64,000 bases of DNA from SAR86 cluster bacterium. GTDB taxonomy: Bacteria; Pseudomonadota; Gammaproteobacteria; Magnimaribacterales; TMED112. The notes under the pieces were generated by a model that saw only the letters and a list, made by a program, of their open reading frames with translations, did not search any database and had not been told where the DNA came from. Where the stretch lies: NCBI GenBank assembly GCA_023703535.1, contig CP097967.1:28543-92542 (forward strand), in the 5' to 3' direction. The translations under genes were made by a program, and so were the position numbers. Of this stretch, positions 60,095 through 64,000 are shown piece after piece. The number at the start of each line of letters is the position of its first letter. The stretch's first letter is position 1.

Positions 60095-60900
60095 CTCTGG
60101 CAGTTTTTGCAAAAGTAAGTACTTCTATTGTTTTGCCTTATTTGAAAGATTTTTGATTTGCATTCCTTGCAGTCTTCTCCCTCTCTGTCATAAACAAAAA
60201 GCTTTATTTTAAAATAGCCGGGTTTATTCTCTGCATTGTGATAATCATTGAGTGTGGTACCACCAAATTTTATAGCTCTATTTAAAACAATCTTACTAAA
60301 CTTAATGATTTCATCGCACTGGATTTTAGTAACTTTATTGCCCCTTTTTTTTGGGGACAGCTTGCTTAAGAAAAGAATTTCAGATGCATAAATATTGCCA
60401 ATTCCAGAGATAATTTTGTTATTTAATAACAGCGCCTTTAAGGTTGATTTAGAATTCTTAATTTTGTTATAAAAATAATTACCATTTTTTTGAGAAAGTG
60501 GGTCAGGGCCATTATTTTCAAACATAGAAAACTCTTCATTTTTTAATACAAGATGAAATAATCCAAATCTTCTTGTGTCGTTAAAAATTAATGATTGTCC
60601 TGTTTCAAGCTTAAGAATGACATGATCGTGTTTTAATTTTTGGAACTTATTGTGTACTCGCAATGTTCCTGACATGCCAAGATGGATAATTATTTTTGAC
60701 TCATCGTTAAGTTGTAAAAAAATATACTTTCCTTTTCTACCTACTTCGATGATTTTTTTATTGATGGTTTTCTTTAATTTAGTTTTATTTACAGGGACTC
60801 TTAAACTTGAATTTCTTACTTCTATTTTCTTAATTATTTTATTTTTTAAGAAAGGCTCAACACCTCTTCTGGTAGTTTCAACTTCAGGTAATTCTGGCAC
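60091..60900 (-). CDS. mutM: formamidopyrimidine-DNA glycosylase
   Basis: MPELPEVETTRRG N-terminus and the C-terminal zinc finger CKECKSKI..YFCKNCQ. Confidence 0.95.
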   Translation of the reverse strand: MPELPEVETTRRGVEPFLKNKIIKKIEVRNSSLRVPVNKTKLKKTINKKIIEVGRKGKYIFLQLNDESKIIIHLGMSGTLRVHNKFQKLKHDHVILKLETGQSLIFNDTRRFGLFHLVLKNEEFSMFENNGPDPLSQKNGNYFYNKIKNSKSTLKALLLNNKIISGIGNIYASEILFLSKLSPKKRGNKVTKIQCDEIIKFSKIVLNRAIKFGGTTLNDYHNAENKPGYFKIKLFVYDREGEDCKECKSKIFQIRQNNRSTYFCKNCQS

Positions 60901-62223
60901 TTAGTCTAAAAAATTATTTACATCAATTATATCCTGAGGTTTTAAGCTTCCTGTAGCTTGTTTAAACTCAAGACTTCTAATAATGAAATCATATTTTGCT
61001 TGAGATAACCTATTCTGAGCATCAAAAAAATTTCTCTCAGCTCGTAATAGGTCAACTAGGTTTCTTGCTTTAAGCTCATATCCAAGTCTTGTTGCTTCTA
61101 AAGCATCTTCAGAACTTTCATAAGAAGCCTCTAGTGATTCAATATTTAATTGCCCAGTTTTTAAAGATGTGTAAAGGGATCTAATGCGTTGAGTTACATT
61201 TCTTTGAATTAGTAAAAGCTGCTCCTCTGTTCTAACTTCTTCGAGCATGGCTTGCCTTCTTTGTGAGCTGTTTAATCCCGAAGTAAAAAGTGGCATGGAA
61301 AATTGAACAGAAAAACTCCTATTTTCAGTTTCCTCGGGTATAAAAAAAGGTAAATCTAAATCCGAGTCCACGCCATCAAAAGTGTATTGTTTAGAGGTTC
61401 TCCTGTTGGCATTTGCATTTAAATCTATTTTTGGAAGAAAGTTTGATGTTCTTGCTCTTGTTTTAGACTCGGCTGCTTCAAGTCTACTTTCTGCTTCTGA
61501 AATTAAGAAATTATTTTCAATTCCTTTTTCTACTTCGTCAGAAACACCTTCTAGATCAACAACAGATTTAAAATTATCTTTCAAGGGACTTATTAATTTA
61601 ACTTCCCTTCCAACAATGGCATTTAATTCCTCAAATGCAATATCCACATTACCTTCTGCAAGAACTCTATCTGAAATAGCTCTATTTAAGGCTGCTTTTG
61701 CTTCTGCCAACTCAATTCTTGAGGCAGCACCTGCTTCAAATTTATCATTAATTTCTTCAAATTGATTTTCCAAAGTTCTTTCATTAGCGCCTCTTGTTTT
61801 AAAGAGTGACCTTGCTGACAAAACATTAAAATAAGCTCTTGTCACTCTTATCATTAAATTCTGTTGTTGATAGGCAAATTGAGCTTCAGCTGCACGATAG
61901 TTCTTTTGCGCTTGCCGTGAAGTAAACCAGGAATCAAGTCTGAAGAGTGGTTGGTTAAAATTTAGGTTATAAGTAAAAGTGTTGTAATCGTTTTGCAATA
62001 TTCTCTCTTGATAATATTCATTCCAATTAGTGGATGCAGATAGATTCAATCGAGGCAACAATGCAGAAATTGATTGGTTTCTAAATTCTTTGGAAATTTT
62101 TAAATCAGCTTTTTTTGAATTAAATTCTGGGTCTCTTTCTAAAGCCTCATTATAAATTGAAAGCAAATCATCAGCTGTAAAAACTGTGGAGACGAATATT
62201 AATGTTAAAAATAATTTTTTCAT
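60901..62223 (-). CDS. tolC: TolC-family outer-membrane efflux channel
   Basis: Signal peptide, LLSIYNEALERDPEF start, and two OEP repeats; 440 aa. Confidence 0.85.
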   Translation of the reverse strand: MKKLFLTLIFVSTVFTADDLLSIYNEALERDPEFNSKKADLKISKEFRNQSISALLPRLNLSASTNWNEYYQERILQNDYNTFTYNLNFNQPLFRLDSWFTSRQAQKNYRAAEAQFAYQQQNLMIRVTRAYFNVLSARSLFKTRGANERTLENQFEEINDKFEAGAASRIELAEAKAALNRAISDRVLAEGNVDIAFEELNAIVGREVKLISPLKDNFKSVVDLEGVSDEVEKGIENNFLISEAESRLEAAESKTRARTSNFLPKIDLNANANRRTSKQYTFDGVDSDLDLPFFIPEETENRSFSVQFSMPLFTSGLNSSQRRQAMLEEVRTEEQLLLIQRNVTQRIRSLYTSLKTGQLNIESLEASYESSEDALEATRLGYELKARNLVDLLRAERNFFDAQNRLSQAKYDFIIRSLEFKQATGSLKPQDIIDVNNFLD

Positions 62224-62314
62224 GGTAAAAATATGTTTGTATTCTGCATTAAAACCTTTTATTTAACAATTTAATCTTAATATCTTAGTATTCTGTAATT
62301 AGTTTCAAATTAGT

Positions 62315-63097
62315 ATGAATAAAATTCCTAAAATTCTTTCAATTGCTGGCTCAGATTCAGGTGGTGGAGCAGGAATTCAAGCTGATATTAAAGCTATTTC
62401 TTTCCATAAAGGTTATGCAATGACAGTTTTAACAGCAGTTACAGCACAAAATACCCTTGGAGTTCAAGAAATTTTTCCACTACCCAAAGAGATAATAAAA
62501 AAACAACTCGAATCAGTAATGGATGATCTGGCTCCAGATGTAATTAAGACTGGGATGTTAGCAGATCACGAGACTATAGAGTTAATATCAGAATTTATAA
62601 AAAATAAAAAAATTGTTGTTGATCCTGTAATGGTTGCAACTTCAGGTGACAGGTTAATTGAGTCTTCTGCGGTAGAAGCTATTATGAATTTTCTAATTCC
62701 TAATGCATATCTTGTAACACCCAACATTTATGAGGCTGAAATTCTATCGAATATAAAAATTATTGATTTAAAGACTCAAATAGAAGCAGGTAAAAAAATC
62801 CTTGAACATGGTGCAGAGAATGTTTTAATTAAAGGCGGCCATAGTAACAGTGAAATTATTCATGATTGTCTTATTCAAAAAGATTTAAAAGAAACAATAT
62901 TTAAAAGCAAGAGACTTGATAGTAAAAATACTCATGGTACTGGCTGTTCATTAGCAAGTTCAATTGCTACCCTCTTGGGAAGGGGTTTTGATATCGAAGC
63001 AGCAACTAGTAGTTCAATAGAGTACGTGCAAAATGGCATAAAGAGAGCCCCTAACTTTGGACAAGGTAACGGACCTATATTACATTTCGATGATTAA
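62315..63097 (+). CDS. thiD: hydroxymethylpyrimidine/phosphomethylpyrimidine kinase
   Basis: ILSIAGSDSGGGAGIQADIKA, DPVMVATSGD and HGTGCSLASSIA. Confidence 0.93.
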   Translation: MNKIPKILSIAGSDSGGGAGIQADIKAISFHKGYAMTVLTAVTAQNTLGVQEIFPLPKEIIKKQLESVMDDLAPDVIKTGMLADHETIELISEFIKNKKIVVDPVMVATSGDRLIESSAVEAIMNFLIPNAYLVTPNIYEAEILSNIKIIDLKTQIEAGKKILEHGAENVLIKGGHSNSEIIHDCLIQKDLKETIFKSKRLDSKNTHGTGCSLASSIATLLGRGFDIEAATSSSIEYVQNGIKRAPNFGQGNGPILHFDD

Positions 63098-63557
63098 GTT
63101 TTATGACAGAAAGAACTATTCTTTAATAAATATTAAGCCAAATAATTCTTCCACGATAAATGAAAATATTATTTTTTTTGGGTTTTTAGGTTTGCTTTGT
63201 CTTACTTTTGGTATTGGATTTTTTTTCATTGGAGCTACGCTAATATTGCCGTTTGCTGGCATTGAAATAATTGCTTTGATTATAGTCTTAAGGCTCAATA
63301 GAAATTGGTCTTCCCAATGGCAAAAAATTAAAATCGATAAACTCTATGTTGAGATTGAAGAACAAAAAGGAAAAAAAACTAAAAATAAATTTGATAGGTT
63401 TTTATCGAAATTTATTGTTGAAAGTAAGATTGTAAGAAAAATATATTTTGTAAACAAAACTACCAAGATTGAGCTTGGCTCTTTTTTAACTGAAGAGGAA
63501 AAGGATAAATTAATTAATTTTTTAGAGAGGAAAGTTCAACAATTTAACTTTTCTTAA
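63090..63557 (+). CDS. DUF2244-like two-TM membrane protein
   Basis: The ATG at 63090 overlaps the thiD stop (ATGATTAA). It has two adjacent TM helices (IIFFGFLGLLCLTFGIGFFFIG, ILPFAGIEIIALIIVL). The family assignment is from memory. Confidence 0.5.
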   Translation: MIKFYDRKNYSLINIKPNNSSTINENIIFFGFLGLLCLTFGIGFFFIGATLILPFAGIEIIALIIVLRLNRNWSSQWQKIKIDKLYVEIEEQKGKKTKNKFDRFLSKFIVESKIVRKIYFVNKTTKIELGSFLTEEEKDKLINFLERKVQQFNFS

Positions 63558-64000
63558 AAATGAAGATCAAGCTGTTCATAAGCAGGCAATCCATTTTTAT
63601 ATTTTGGGTAGCTCTCACCTTGTATAAGTGGACTTAAATAGGAAATGCCTTCATCAGTTATTCTAAAACCACAGTTTGAAATAAAATTATTTGGCAGTAC
63701 TTTTTCTTTATTTGCAATTTCATTTAAGTCACCGACATCTATTTCCCATTTGTAAGGTTCATTTCCTAATCTTTTAATTATTGGCATATATCCACTTTTG
63801 GAATCTGCTGCCATATTTGCTGCGACTTCACCAACTGCGATAGCTTGCTCAACATCTGTTTTTGATGAAATATGTCTAGCGCTTCTTTGAAGATAATCAG
63901 ATACAGACCAATGATATTTAATATTGAGGTTTTTATTAACAAGTTCTGCCAATTTAGGCGCAAGTCCACCAAGTTGGGTATGTCCAAATGAGTCCTTCTC
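63554..64000 (-). CDS. phosphofructokinase-family protein (PfkA/Pfp), C-terminal part; 5' end beyond the window
   Basis: The frame stays open to nt 64000 (EKDSFGHTQLGGLAPKLAELV..). DxFGHxQLGG is a PFK signature. The ORF-track start at 63952 is an internal TTG. Confidence 0.7.
   Translation of the reverse strand, partial: EKDSFGHTQLGGLAPKLAELVNKNLNIKYHWSVSDYLQRSARHISSKTDVEQAIAVGEVAANMAADSKSGYMPIIKRLGNEPYKWEIDVGDLNEIANKEKVLPNNFISNCGFRITDEGISYLSPLIQGESYPKYKNGLPAYEQLDLHF

Noticed and set aside
62224-62314. Possible TPP riboswitch upstream of thiD.
   Set aside because: The 91-bp region is almost pure A/T and lacks the conserved CUGAGA and ACCUGAUCUGGAUAAUGCCAGCG-type elements, so there is too little room and no matching sequence.

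Overview
This is a low-GC (roughly 30-35% by eye), very gene-dense window with classic gammaproteobacterial synteny. Conserved gene runs include polA-engB-cytochrome c-dsbA, dapF-xerC-yigB, ubiE-ubiB-tatABC, miaB-ybeZ-ybeY-corC-lnt, zapA-ssrS-ygfA, apaH-rsmA-pdxA-surA-lptD next to amgK-murU, fis-purH-purD, gshB-ruvX and dnaG-rpoD. That pattern fits a streamlined marine gammaproteobacterium; SAR86-like is only a guess. I call about 70 protein genes, one tRNA(CAU) and a 6S RNA. I also call four sub-60-aa genes that the ORF track misses: tatA, a UbiK-like gene and two tandem mini-ORFs. Most of the window is core housekeeping, and by eye I found no CRISPR array, transposase, integrase or recognisable defence system. 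The only accessory-looking stretch is about 47.9-59.5 kb, between rpoD and coaD. It holds (i) two convergent, tightly coupled operons linking a PiT phosphate transporter, an orphan membrane protein, an EAL phosphodiesterase, an unusual DHp-REC-GGDEF protein, a single REC, a secreted TonB_C-only protein and a hybrid histidine kinase. It also holds (ii) a tRNA(CAU) followed by a stand-alone nuclease with four CHCC zinc-ribbon repeats, bracketed by 8-bp direct repeats, and (iii) katG. A second candidate for novelty is the only large intergenic gap (25.29-25.68 kb). It contains a promoter-like element, a C-rich structured leader or sRNA with an intrinsic terminator, and two paralogous ~34-aa membrane mini-ORFs. 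All functional calls rest on motif recognition and synteny read from the sequence; no database search was possible.
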